A stretch of DNA of 64,000 nt from Camelus ferus (lineage: Eukaryota): positions 12,152,001 through 12,216,000 of the forward strand of contig NC_045700.1 in NCBI RefSeq assembly GCF_009834535.1, in the 5' to 3' direction. Below the pieces are notes generated by a model, which was not told the origin of the DNA, searched no databases, and worked only from the letters and a program-made list of their open reading frames with translations. Position numbers and translations under genes: made by a program. Below, piece after piece: positions 1-12,420 of the stretch (its first letter is position 1; each line of letters starts with the position of its first letter).

Positions 1-440
1 CAGTTATAGAAAAATTTCAGTCATTACTTCTTTGAATAGTTTTTCTCCTACAGTATCACGATTTTCTATCCTAAGGAAAACTGGTGAGAAATTATTGCAG
101 CTGATTAGAAGCATATCAGAACTTATCCTCCAAATCTCTTAATCTCTTTCATTTTGAAATGTCTAATTCTTTGTGGTGTAGTTCGTGTGATTTCAACAGA
201 TGGACTTTCAGACGGATCTTCTGTTTCCAGTTCCATAATGTGGAAGCTGAGGTCAAATTGACTTGAGATCTTTATTATGTGATTTCCAATATCTTTGGTG
301 ACATCGATTCACACATTTTGTCTGTTTTTTAAAGTTCTTTTCTTGTGGGAAGATGTGTGGTCTCCATTACTCCATTTTGAATGGAAGTAGATGCCCTAAA
401 TGTCTGTTGACTTGAATCGTTTTAATAATAATATATCAAT
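1..440 (-). mobile_element. Old L1 (L1M-type) fragment
   Basis: T-rich antisense L1-like text (tttcagtcattacttctttgaata..., tccattttgaatggaagtagatg); boundaries approximate. Confidence 0.5.
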
Positions 441-479
441 CTGGAGGTTTTGTTTTTAATGTCTCTTATCATTTCATAT

Positions 480-480
<1 letters not shown>

Positions 481-525
<45 letters not shown>
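481..525. repeat. (TACA)n(CA)n microsatellite
   Basis: Directly visible compound repeat. Confidence 0.95.
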
Positions 526-527
<2 letters not shown>

Positions 528-759
528 CTAGGAAAACCAAAGTATGGTATAAAGATTTTAAGTCAAATTACAACATATATAAATATAATTGAAGAAACTG
601 GTAACCTGAAACTATTAAAACTAGAAGACCTAATACCATTGCCTTATGAGACTGCCACAGTCTTTAAATGACTGTTCAAATGTATCAATGATATTCCTTG
701 ATTATACACAATACAATTTTAACAGTAAGGAAATTTACTTCCAGGATCTCACTGAGTGA

Positions 760-1140
760 TCCATCAAGTTACCAGTAACTCGGAGAAGCAAGCTTAGAAG
801 AGATGCAGGAACAAATGGAGAGAAAACAATAGGGCCACAGCAAAGGCCACACTGCAGGGCCTGCTCACAGCACTGCTGCTGTCACACACTGGATGTCATG
901 GTCCTGAATTAATTCTTAACTCAGTGAGTATGAATGAACAGCTGACTCATGATTAGAAAGTCCTTGATGGAAGTATCAATCTGCTGAGCCTAGAACACAT
1001 TATCATCTTCCAACTGCCAGGGGTCAAAGGAAGGATTAATAAGACAGGAAATCAGGCAATTGTAGGACTTTTGTGAATCAAGGATTTGCCTCCTACCAAG
1101 ATGCAAAGTGAGAGACTTTTTTTTCCAGTAAAAAAGACTT
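760..1140. mobile_element. Probable degraded MaLR LTR (MLT1-like)
   Basis: Resembles recalled MLT1 text (ctgctgctgtcacacactggatgtc..., ggattaataag); not aligned computationally. Confidence 0.35.
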
Positions 1141-1436
1141 GGATGATCAGAAACCAGAAAAAAAGAAATAGGACTAGTACACAGTGTCAGGTCTCTTGAC
1201 TTCAATGCCTGAGGTCTTCACAACTGGAACTAGGATTTTGCCTGCACAATGAACAGTGATTCCAAAATGTGTTCCACAGAAAAGTAGACCCAAGAGATAG
1301 TCCATGCCATTTAAAAGTGTGTCATGGCTATATATGTTTTGGAAACATTACATCCTATAGCTTATGTTTGGAGCTCCATGGTGTACATTTGTATATGACA
1401 GGTTCTGAGAAACCCTCTTTAAGAAACCAAGTTTCT

Positions 1437-1583
1437 CATATTTATTTTAATCACCCAACATTTTTATTCATGTAATACTTATTATCTTATTATTTTAATC
1501 ACCAAACATTTTTATTCATGTAACACATATTTATTTTAATCACCAAACATGTTTATTCATATAACATTTATTATTCATGTAAC
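1437..1583. repeat. Tandem repeat, about 40-bp unit, 3 copies plus a partial copy
   Basis: Unit catatttattttaatcaccaaacatttttattcatgtaa repeated near 1437, 1488 and 1526, partial at 1567. Confidence 0.85.
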
Positions 1584-1585
1584 CT

Positions 1586-1695
1586 TATGAATTTGAAGAT
1601 TGGCTTTTCTATTTCTGCTAAAAAAAATAGCCTTCGGAATTTTGACAGAGATTGCATAGAATCTGGACCTTCTTTGAGAAGTACTGGACTAGAAT
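1586..1695 (-). mobile_element. L1 ORF2 fragment, local duplicate of 3656-3736
   Basis: 80 bp with 5 substitutions and one A-run length difference versus 3656-3736; ORF 1571-1831 contains the L1-like ESMQSLSKF...FFLAEIEKPIFKFI. Confidence 0.8.
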
Positions 1696-2284
1696 GACAG
1701 ATAAGATAGAATAGTGTAATAGGAGTACAAAGGATGCATTCTTGCGGCGGAACTGGGACAATGGGAAGCTCACATGCATGTATGAATCTGCCTGGGATGT
1801 GTTTACAGGTGGAGAGTGCAGCTGGGTCCAATGCTCATGGATTTGGTTTGGCAACACAGTCTTGCTTTAGCAGCTCAGATAGTTATACTATCTGTTTCTT
1901 CCAGATAGCACACTTGCATAAACATTTAAACTAAACTCTGCACCTTGGCTATTGGTTGGGCTTAAGCCACCCCCTTTCTAACAATTGGCCATGTTAGTGA
2001 TGCACAAACGTGGATGCATATCAGCCTCTTCTGGGGAATCTTGTTGAAGATATAGATTCTCCAGTTCCAATCCTGAGATTCTTTATTAGGAGACCTAAGA
2101 CAAGCTTTGGGCATATGTGTATCCATATGTCCCATCTATTAACAAAGGCCCAGGGGAGTTTATGCAGCCATTCTGAGATCAGCAACTGAGAGCCGCTGGA
2201 CACGTCTTAATTTATCTTCCTCTCTGACTTCCTTTATCTTCTTCCAAGGTTTCAGGCCACGTTCTTCTCCTTATACAAAACTAA

Positions 2285-2900
2285 TTTGACTAATTTTTTT
2301 CCAGTAAAATTTTATGAGCAATGACAGTCAAATACTTCAGTAAGACCCCAATATACAGTTCATGATACATTTTCTTCATTGTTTTGGAAATAATAGTTTC
2401 ATAACCATAAAGTTTATTGAGTATAATTTTTGGAGTAATCCTGTGTAATTTATATCTAATGATTTCTCTGTCTTTTTAGGATTTGTTAATTAATTTATTT
2501 CTTTTTTCATTATAATGTGAAAGAACAATTCAAGCTAGCTTTGAATTTTTTAAGTAGTGATTCCTTGGATACTGTTTTATTTTGAACAAAGCTTTTATTA
2601 TGATCATCATTCTTCTATTTTGCCTTAATTAAATAGTCCCAGACAATTTAGGATGAACACAAGATAACTCCATAACATTCTTTGCACTGTTTTGTGTTTT
2701 TATTATTATTTATCTTTAATTACTCATCATTTTCCAGCTATATCAACACTTCCATTGCTTAGAATAAAATTAACTCAAAATATTATTTTATTTACATTGA
2801 AAGAATGGATTTAGTATCTCAGACTTTTTCAAGGTGGTGTCTGAAATATTAAAATTGCTTACTACTATATTATCATTAACTTTCCCATATACTTTTTCAT
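2285..2900 (-). mobile_element. Probable hAT-Charlie DNA transposon remnant
   Basis: Minus strand reads ...KSEILNPF..., resembling the hAT C-terminal W/I-x-NPF motif, followed by a very degraded GFS/IKTK-like stretch; many stops. Confidence 0.35.
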
Positions 2901-3084
2901 GGGAACATCTCAGATCCTACAAAAATAATATGGTGATATAGGGAAGAGGATATTATCTCTATAGAAAAGATAAAGCTGCTATGAACCAGGGAGATACAAT
3001 AAATTTAAGATCATACATGGTCAGACAAAGACTTTAAAACAGGTATCATGAACTTGAATGGAGACTTAGAGGAAAATTGGAAGA

Positions 3085-3745
3085 CAATAAATATTTTCTT
3101 CTTTTATGTGGGTTGTCTTTTCACTTTCTTGGTAATATCCTTCTGATGCACAAAAGTTTTTAATTTTGATGAGATCAAATTTATCAATTTTTTTTCCTCA
3201 CTTTTGTTGTCAGTTGCTCCTGCTATGAATCCATTGCCAAATCCAAGTTCACGAAGATTTACTCCTATGCTTTATACTGTTATATGGTTTTAGTTCTTAT
3301 ATTTAGGTCATTGATTATTTTCAGTTCATTTTTGTATATGATGCAAGGTAGAAGCCAAACTTTATTCTGTTGACTGGAAATCCAGTTGTCTCAGAAACAT
3401 CTTTTAAAGAGTCTATTATTTTCTTATTGAATGGACTTGGCACCTTGGTAAACATTCAGTTGCACATATATTTATAGATTTATTTTTGGACTCTCAATTC
3501 TATTTTATTGGTGTATATGCCTACCTTTATATCATTGCCACACTAGTTTGATGATCATAGCTATGCAGTAAGTTTTGAAATCAGAAATTGTGAGTCATCC
3601 AGCTTTGTTCTTTTTAAAATATGGTTTTGGCTATTCAGGGATCTTTGCAATTCCATATGAATTTGAAGATTGGCTTTTCTATTTTTGCTAAAAAAAAATA
3701 GCCTTTGGAATTTTGATAGAGATTGCATGGACTCTGTAGATCTCT
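3085..3745 (-). mobile_element. L1 ORF2 3' region (old L1MA/L1MB type)
   Basis: ORF 3561-3836 resembles frameshifted L1 ORF2 (canonical IYRFNAIPIK...KFIWN...IAK...PDFKLYYKA region); nucleotide text is classic antisense L1. Confidence 0.9.
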
Positions 3746-4594
3746 GGAAATTGTTTAGTTTACTGCCCTCTAGCAGTTGCTCCTGTCCCGAGACTTGTAA
3801 CTTGAACCCCATGTAATTAATTCTGTTATCCTCCACAACATTCTATCCCAGAATTTCCCTGTGAGATCCTTATACATATGAAGTGCTCAATACATGTTGA
3901 ATTAATTCGAATGTTTACACAGAATTCACTGAAATTCCAATGGTGTTCACTGTCTTTCATGTTATTAGGGTCAACAAAGCTGAAACTAATACTCACATAA
4001 ACTTCCAGGGCTATTGAGAGAGGTACTGGAAACCTAGACATCTACTCAGATTCCGTTTCTGAAACAACCTCAATAGCCAAAAATAACAGAAGGACTTGGC
4101 ATCTGTTACTATTTTTGTTATGTTTATTTTGGTATAAAGGGTTTATTAAGAAGAACATTGCACAACTGGCCATATTTCTCTATTTCTAAATGATGAATGA
4201 GTTGAACAACGAACATGAACATTGTTAAAGTAGATGATACTTTGCATTTAAACTTTCCAGCCAAGTCAGAGGAACTTAGAGTATCCAAAGTGAAGAGCAA
4301 TTAGATCTAAGGTGGAAGGTGTATGCTTCAGAGACAAAGCTGAAACGGCAAACACCATCAAGGTGAACTGCTCGGAAACACCTGATAGAGGATAATTGTC
4401 TCTTATTTTACCCAAAAGGGTATTTCCAAATTGCTGACTCGACAGTTTTCTTTGTTGAAAAATTTCAATAACCCTTACTTTTCAAACTATGCATAGTTCT
4501 CTGGAAAGTTGGCACCCTATTGACTTTTATCAACCTTCTAGCTGGTACTATGCAGACAATTTATCAAATGCCTGCTGTTTCAGAAATTGTTTTA

Positions 4595-4735
4595 GAACCA
4601 TAGGAGATCAACGCTAGGAGGAGCCTTAGAGAGGGAACAGTCCTGCTTGTCACTTTCAGTGGAGGAAATGGACACCTAGAAAAGGATGCTGACTTTCATA
4701 ATGTTTTAGAAGTTGTCAGTGGTACAAGGAAGACC
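4595..4735 (-). mobile_element. MIR SINE fragment
   Basis: MIR core-like ctttcagtggaggaaatggacacctagaaaagg. Confidence 0.5.
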
Positions 4736-4919
4736 TAACGTTCCCACTGTATTACACTATCCTTTAAGACATATAGGATGACATGGGGTTGGCTATGCAA
4801 ACACAGAGATTACTTTCTTTACTTTCCCATTCCTTCTTTCCTTCTTTTCTCTCTTCCCTCTGTTCTCTCATTTTTTCCTTTTTTTCTCTTCGCTCCTAAG
4901 CATTTATGAGAATATATTA

Positions 4920-4938
4920 TGTGTGTGTGTGTGTGTGT
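4920..4938. repeat. (TG)9 microsatellite
   Basis: Directly visible. Confidence 0.9.
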
Positions 4939-6204
4939 TAAGCCCATTACTGAATTTTTCAGCATCATTATAAGTAGCAGTGTTTTGGGGAATGGGAAAG
5001 ATAGAAATTGTCATTCCACTTAGTATCTGCTTTTTTCCTCTCTGTATGGAGCAAGCCTGTGAATAAAAAATTCATAATGGATATCTATAGGACCAGTTTA
5101 CTTGAAAACTGAAGTGCTCTTTTCTATTTTCAAATTCACTTTACTTTCATATGAAATGAAACCCATTTGGTGTAGAAAATTAAAGGAGCTGTGTTCTTCC
5201 TCAGCATAGAGAAATCTTTTATTTGCCTCTAACCTTTTCCATTTTTCATGACAGTAAATGCATTTTCTTAGCTAAAACACAAACAAGTCAATGTAAGCAT
5301 GGCTGGCAGGCTAAAATGATTATGGGATAATTTGTGTTTGCCAGACCAAACAAAATCAATCACCATTGTTTACAGACCCACAACATTAAATGGCTATGAG
5401 AGGCTATTTCTCGACTTTCACAAAATAGGTTATCCAAACACAGATAACAGAGCTCACCATCAAACACCCTCAGCTGTGGTTTGTAATTCTCAAATTTGCA
5501 CTAAAAATATGAACTATACATATGGTGGCTCAACTCCATTGGATTAATGCAAACTAAAGGCAGCTGTTGAAATGATTATTTCAGTTACAGGTTCCCAATG
5601 GGCAAGAGTGTATAATGAAAGTTAATGTAAAGCTTGAAATAACCATTCCAGAAATGTGACTTGGAGGCTTATAAGGATGGATGGAAGATGACTTCCCAAT
5701 GGAATGGGAATCAGAAGAGAATTGATGGAAACAAATATACACTGTGTATCTAGCCATTTGTTTCTGAGAATAACCAGTGGAGATTGTTCCAGGGGTGAGA
5801 TTTTGTGTTTGTCTGCTTTTGTTTTGGTTTATTTTGGATTGTTTTCCCCATATATCCCAGTTGTGTGCTCTGTTAGGGAGCATGTGGGCTGTGCTCATCT
5901 GCTCTGGGAGGCCCTAAGGATCCACTTTCCCTCAAGGCAAATATCAAGTTGCCAATAGCTGCTGCAGAAAATTTGCTCATTGTTTTGAGGTAGTAGGGAT
6001 TAGTTGATTTGGGCATTTAAGGATTAAAATAGATTTTTCAGCTTGGAGAACAGAGTTGCTTTTGAAGCTCTTTTGGAAAAATGGAAGAATCTTTTGTTTC
6101 ATTTGGCTGTTCACAGCTCAAGCAATTTCCTTTCTTATCAATTACTTTTGATCTTCTTATAAAAAATGAGTTTATGTGTTTTATGGCTTCGGAGATCTCA
6201 CAAG

Positions 6205-6266
6205 CAAACAAACAAACAAACCAAACCAAACAAAAACAAAACAAACAAACAAACAAAAACCCAAAA
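6205..6266. repeat. (CAAA)n-rich simple repeat
   Basis: Directly visible. Confidence 0.85.
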
Positions 6267-6339
6267 GAAAAGACTCTTATGTCAGGTTCTTTGGAAGTAG
6301 AGATTGAAATGGATATTTTTGTTCTAGTAAGTTATTGAC

Positions 6340-6780
6340 CAAGTGCTTTCAAGCGGGAAACCTGTAAGCAACAGACCAGGTACAGCAGGAGAAGACGAGC
6401 ACCCACGTGGCTTCTCCTGATGTCAAGCTTCAGCCTGTTCCCACAAGAAGCTCTGAAGAGTAATCACACCCCAGACTATTTTTCTTTGAGGAAGGGGGGC
6501 TGACTTCCATGCCCCCAGATCAGTCAGATTGGCTGTAGACTGCTATCCCTTAAACTCTTGGAGGGTGTGTCGTCTCCTAGGCATCTCTGAAGTGGACACT
6601 CTCACTGGCTGAAGTTAATTCTCCAGGAAAGTCACATCTGTGATTGGCTAGCACCCAGCACTCATCATAGTTGGGGGATGTGTTCACCAGTCCAATGAGG
6701 AGGCTCTGGGCAGGGTCTTCTAAAGAGAAAACAACCAATTGACACCTCTGGCACTACATCATTCCCTTCTGTAACTACAT
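6340..6780. mobile_element. MaLR LTR (MLT1J/K-like)
   Basis: cagattggct.../gtgattggctagcaccc motifs and terminal ...cactaca typical of MLT1. Confidence 0.5.
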
Positions 6781-6789
6781 GACATTTTG

Positions 6790-7135
6790 TATCATGAAAT
6801 TCCTTTGTATGAATGTATTATATTTTATTGATCTAGCCCCTCATTGGTAAACATTAAGTGGTTTCCAATCTTTTTGAATTACCAACCTAAAAGCTCATTA
6901 AGAATACATTTGTCATATTGCCATATGTGTACACGAATAGGCTTTAGTCATGGACAGCGAATTAATGGATCAAAAGGTGTGTGGGTTGTTAATTTTCTTT
7001 GATTTTTCCAAATTGCTCTTAATAAGTGTTTTGCCAATTTACACCAGCAGCATAGAAGAGAAATTTTTTCTCCATAAACTCACTAGAAGGTGTCACCAAA
7101 CTCTGTGATATTTATGAATCAGATATAAAATGTCC
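6790..7135 (-). mobile_element. Old L1ME 3' fragment
   Basis: ttgtatgaatgtatt...ggtttccaatctttt...ttccaaattgctc...atttacaccagcag antisense L1 3' pattern. Confidence 0.6.
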
Positions 7136-7199
7136 AGGTTATTTTGCAAAGATAGTTCTTTCTGTTTGGAACTGTTTCACACACACCCAGAGCTGCCTA

Positions 7200-7500
7200 A
7201 TTAATTCCTTATCCTTCCAATCTCATAAGGAAAATTTTCAAATCTCTGACACTCAGGCTGAATCAGATGCTCCTCTTAACACTCATAGAGCTCCATGTAT
7301 TTTCTTTACTATGTCTTAGAAATGTTTGTGCTTGCACATTTGTGTCTTGTTTAAAAACTTGTTTGGTTTTGTTTTTTTTTTTTCCTTCCCCAACTAGATA
7401 GTGTGTTCTATTAAGGTAGGGGCTATGTTTGTCTTATTTAAATCCGTATTTCTAGCTGTTGCAGGTAAACTCTAATAAATATCTGTGGCATGAATGAGAA
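7200..7500 (+). mobile_element. L2 3' fragment
   Basis: L2 3' end text ending ctaataaatatctgtggcatgaatg. Confidence 0.6.
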
Positions 7501-8894
7501 AGTAAGAGACTAAGTCGCATTACGAAGAGTCAAACTGGGATCTGCCAGATCCCAGAGCTCATGATCTTCCTGCTGCGGAATTCTGCCAAGATGCAATTAC
7601 TTAAGCCTCAGGAATTGACATGCTATCCAATAAAGCCATGGAAATATCTGCCTGAAGTTTTGAATTACAGTTATTTTCTTCCTTTAATTTCCATAAAATC
7701 ATGTATTAAGTATCTTGGCCAACTTCTTCCATCCCCTCGTGGATCTCACTCTTCCTCTCTCAGTGATGAAGTTAGCTATCGTGAGTGATTTGAATTTTTC
7801 ATAATGGCTTTGCTTTGGGGACAACACATCATTTGAAGAAAGCCTAGGGGATTATGCTGCATGGCTTCCTGGAAAGAACTCAGGGACTATGCTCTGATTA
7901 AAGGAGTGGGTTTCTAAAGTGGGATTTCATACTTCCAATGCTGAGTTAGGCTAGACTAGAATGCTTGCATTGCTTCAATGTCTAGGGAGAATGATGACTT
8001 GGTCTTAGTTGAAATTATTTTCATTTGCTTCATTAGTCAATTAAATAATACTGCAAGAGAAAACACACGCAATCCACATGGTCGTCTGCTAAAATCCGCC
8101 TGGTTTCTAATGTGCTGCTAAGGCTCAGGTCTTTGTAGAGAGTCAGGAGTTTGCCCGGTCAGAAGATCTCAGAATCAGAGTTCTCTGTTTTTTATTCAGG
8201 CTGTACCAGGCCATGAGAAGTGATGGTTTGGGGCAGGGGAGACCTTGTAGTATCCTTTACGTCATGATATATTAACAGTCACTGCCTCTGTCTACACCTA
8301 GGAGCAATCCAGGCAGCAGCTCTTAACAAGTCTATGTTCTAAATCATTCAGGTTACACAAAGTGACTTGCATACAGATGGTGCTAAATAAGCTTGTTGAA
8401 TGCATGACCGAGTGCTGTATTGCACAATCCTGGGCCCCTGGCGCTTAGAAGTAGACACGTGCCTCCAGAAAGAGGTTGGTGAGAAGCCTGTTACACATCC
8501 ATCATGCCCCAGAGTCTTACTTCCTTAGACCAGCGTGAGATTTATGAACATCTGTCCCGCCCTGGTGCCTGGGCGTGTGGAGGGCAGCACTTAGATTCAC
8601 TCTTTCTTTAAACAGAGTGCAGTTGGCTTCACACCTCTGCAGCCGGAAGTCCTTAAATGACTCTTTCTGAAAAGATTTAGCCAGGCTGAGAAGTAATTAA
8701 AAGGGAGGAGAAAATGAAGGAGAAGAAAAACTTCGTGTTACATGCTTTCCATTCTCAACTTGCTGTGGCCCTTTCAGGAGTTATATAAAAAGACTGTTGA
8801 GCCTGAAATGCATCATTTTTGATGTGCCAACCAATTAAAAATGCCGCTAAGCCCTTATTAGGCAACTGTAATCAGTGAAATGTTGGGTGCTAAG

Positions 8895-8975
8895 TTTCTT
8901 TTTTAATTTTAGATTTATTTTTTATTGCAGTAACATTGGTTTATAATATTATATAAGTTAATGTATACATTATAA
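8895..8975 (-). mobile_element. L1 extreme 3' tail abutting a SINE
   Basis: ttttattgcagtaacattggtttataatattatataagtt resembles an antisense laurasiatherian L1 3' terminus. Confidence 0.45.
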
Positions 8976-8990
8976 TATATGTATGTATGT

Positions 8991-9075
8991 TTAGAGGAGG
9001 TACTGGGGATTGAACCTAGGACCTTGGGCATGCTAAGCCTGGGCTCTACCACTGAGCTATGTCCTTCTCCTCCCC
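8991..9075 (-). mobile_element. tRNA-derived camelid SINE (vic-1-like)
   Basis: Reverse complement ggggaggagaaggacatagctcagtggtagagcccaggcttagcatgcccaaggtcctaggttcaatccccagtacctcc has A-box and B-box (GGTTCAATCCC); homologous to 19149 and 34737 copies. Confidence 0.85.
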
Positions 9076-9774
9076 AAACAAGTCTTTATTGTGATTTCTA
9101 CAAAGAATGAAAGGTTATGTGGCTTTGCTGGACATTTCTACTGTTTCATATGGGGTCATTTAAATTATTTAAAAGTGTGTGGTTTAAAAACTCTAGGATA
9201 GAAATTTCACAGGTAGGGTTCCAAGATCTTCAGATTAATCTGGGGAGGGGGGGAGACGGGCTTGATTTTGGATTTTGAGCATGATTCTGACCATAAAATT
9301 GATCCAGTTTGTGAGCTGACACTAATTGCTAACAAATTCTCTGACCTTCTGGGTTCTTAGTGAGACATTCTGGGTATTAGTTCTTGGGTAGCATAGGAAC
9401 CAAGATGCCAAGGTAAAGGCGAGGAAATGGCCTGAAGGAACATCAAGTTTATGCCACCATTTATGCCACCACAAAGATAGAATTGATCCCTGTGATTTTC
9501 CCATTTTGCAAAAAGCATTTTTTGATGTTAACACACTGGAAGTTACTATTCAGAAACTGTCAAAGCCCTTCAATGCTTGCAGTAGTGGTTCTTCCACAGA
9601 AGGGTACTAGGCAACTGGAGATCCCAAGAAATTGTGCACAGACAGGTATATATGAACAGACACAGATTTCATTAGATTCTGAAATGCTCCTTGTCTCATA
9701 ATGTTAATATATATAGCCCTAAGGGATAAAGCTGGATTTTCAAGGACAGCAATGGCCATCTTACCAAGTCCTAG

Positions 9775-9890
9775 ATTTAGTCCTTCAACAAAGTTTACTG
9801 GACATCTATTATGCACTTGATGATGGAAATATAGTAATAAATAAGCAGCTTGTGATCTCTGCACTTGTGAAAGGACTAGACGGGTAATAG
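9775..9890 (-). mobile_element. L2 3' tail fragment
   Basis: caacaaagtttactggacatctattatgc antisense L2 tail. Confidence 0.5.
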
Positions 9891-10719
9891 CTGATTGCAC
9901 ACTGGTCTGCGTAATCATTGTGCATATCACACACACACACACCCCCATCGTACAGACGAGTAGTACCCAAAGTGAACTTTTCTTTTTCCTTTATTGTTCA
10001 CCTTATATATTCTGAATCCTTTTTCTTCATGTATCTTGGATCTCATTTCCCAAATTGATTCTGATTTTCCTGAATCCTAAACTATCAGTGTCTCGATCCC
10101 AGTAGTGGGATTCAAACAATCACTTTGGACCTGATGCTCAATGCCGTTTCTATTTACTGCTCTGGGCACCTAGCTGTTCTAACTGGGATTTTATTTCACT
10201 CACTCCTGAGGCAACAACTGCTTCCATCCCTTTGAGGTAATGAACTCGCCCAGTGACTCTGGAATTAAAATTTTTGATCTTACCCGTGTAGTGACCCCGT
10301 TTTTGTGCTACAGTTGCTCTGGTCAGTGCATTGGAGAAGTGGGCGTCTATTTGGAATTGAACTCACTGCCTCATCTGCATTGCTTTTCTCAGAGATACTC
10401 ATTTTTCAAGGGCCCCGATTGGGGTTCTTTTCATCTACAAAGGCTTTCATGGTTCCCTTATCCTCAATGATCAACCCCAGGGTTTCTCAACTTTTCTCCT
10501 TCATCTCTCATAAGGAAATTTTTCAGACATTTGCTCATCTCCCATGAAATTAAATACTAAGGGATACAATTTTGTTTATTTTTTAAAAATCTTCATGTTT
10601 ATTCTCTTGCAAATCAATGTAGTTATCACACTTCTAATTATGATTTTCTCATTTCTATAGCTTCCTGTTTCTTTTCTATTTAGAGTAGACCTTTCAATAT
10701 TTCTTTAAAAAAAAAAGAA

Positions 10720-11052
10720 AGACAAATGAACTTATTTACAAAACAGAAACAGACTCACAGACACAGAAAAGAAACTTGTTCTTACCAGGGTTGGGGGGAG
10801 GGAAGGGAATGGGAAGGGATAAATCGGGAGTTTGAAATTTGCAGATATGAACTAATATATATAAAATAGATAAACAATGTTTATACTGTATAGCACAAGG
10901 AACCATATTCAATATCTTGTAGTAACTTACGATGAAAAAGAATATGAAAATGAATATATGTATGATCCTGTATGATTGAAGTATTGTGCTGTACACCAGA
11001 AATTGACACAAAATTGTAAACTGATTATACTTCAATAAAAATATATTTTTTT
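10720..11052 (+). mobile_element. Young 5'-truncated L1 3' end (camelid/artiodactyl family)
   Basis: Close to 39220-39537; AATAAA near 3' end; candidate TSD aaaaaagaa at 10711-10719 and 11053-11061; ttcttt/aaaa endonuclease site. Confidence 0.92.
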
Positions 11053-11164
11053 AAAAAAGAATATGATTTTGTTCAGTAGGGTAGAGCTTTCATAGAAGCA
11101 TTGTAATACCTAAGGTTTTTTCCTTTCCCAAGAAACAATTTTCACATCCTTCTACACTTCATTC

Positions 11165-11235
11165 TGTTGTCAGAATTAAAATCACTTGGGGGGGGGCTTG
11201 TTTAAACTCAGAATGCTGGGGCCCAACCCCACTAG
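11165..11235. mobile_element. MER5A fragment (hAT-Charlie MITE)
   Basis: gaattaaaatcacttggggggg...cttgtttaaactcagaatgctggggccc. Confidence 0.5.
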
Positions 11236-11789
11236 CAAATATATGCTTATATTGAAAAAATTTAGGTCTGTATTTGGAGATAATGTTAGGAAGGTTAAAA
11301 ACTAGTCAGAACCTGTGAACAATTTCTAATTTATTATTTATGTAATATTTTGTCTACATACCAGGTTTCCTTCCAGAGATCTAACTGCAGGTTGAAACCT
11401 GTTTTATTTTCAAATAACTAGTATCACAATAAAATACGATTAACAGAGAGAACCATGTAGACTAATATATTATAAAAACTAAATTCAGTAATTTTAGTCC
11501 AAAAAGAAAGAAGTGCATAGTTTTCACACAATCACCATGTGAGTTTTAATCTGTTTAATCTTTTATGAATGTCCATTTGTTCTCCCTAAATCCCCAAATA
11601 AAGTGACTTGTATTTTATGGGTCAAATATTATTAGCATTATCTTAGAATTTGTTTAAATATGATTTGGTTATGTTTTTAGTTTTTTAAATCTTTTAAAAT
11701 ATAACACTGAAATTGGTAGTTTGGTTTGAAATAAATAAAATGGCATATTAAAGTTAATATGGGTGAACTGTAAATGAGAGTGAAGATAA

Positions 11790-12420
11790 GTGTAGATCAG
11801 AAAAGAGAAAGAAATACAACAGGAAAAGAAAAAGAACAGCTAACAAGCATAGAAATATTTGACTGTAGAAGTCTGACTAAGATTAGAATGCAGAACAAAA
11901 CAAAAGTGTAATTTGATCGGACAACACAGAAATGATGCAATAATGTAAGTTGGGAGCAGAAGGGCAGAAGAAGTGAGTTGGATCTCTTGTAAACATAAAA
12001 CCCAATAAAACAGGAATACACAGTGTGCAAAGAAATACAGAGCTGGATGTTGCTTTCCTCTTTAATGTCTTCAATTTTTTGTGTCTGTTGTGAGGAAGGT
12101 AGTTTTGATCTATGAATTATTGAGAGAAGTAAGGATTTATCAATTTCTCCTTGTAGATCAGTTCATTTTTGCTTTATATATTTGACCTGATACTATTGTG
12201 ACCAATCTAATTAAAGACATCTGTTTTATACTTTGTAGAGGCAAACGCTTAAAAAAATACCTTGTCTCTCTCTTTTCTGCTTCAAATGGCTCATTGGGTA
12301 TAAGGTGCTGGTATAGTTTGGAACCATTTAGGCTGAGGAAGAAAAGACTTATTGAAGCACACAAATCAATATTTGAGACAAAAATCCACAAAGTATGAAT
12401 ATGATTTAATTCATGTATAA
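11790..12420. mobile_element. Degraded L1 fragments, mixed orientation
   Basis: 12120-12200 reverse complement resembles the L1 ORF2 endonuclease region (atataaagcaaaaatgaactgatctacaaggagaaattgataaatcc). Confidence 0.5.

Noticed and set aside
1437-1583. Repeated 40-mer resembling an array
   Set aside because: Head-to-tail tandem units without unique spacers in a mammalian context; not CRISPR.
3561-3836. 91-aa ORF
   Set aside because: Frameshifted L1 ORF2 remnant.
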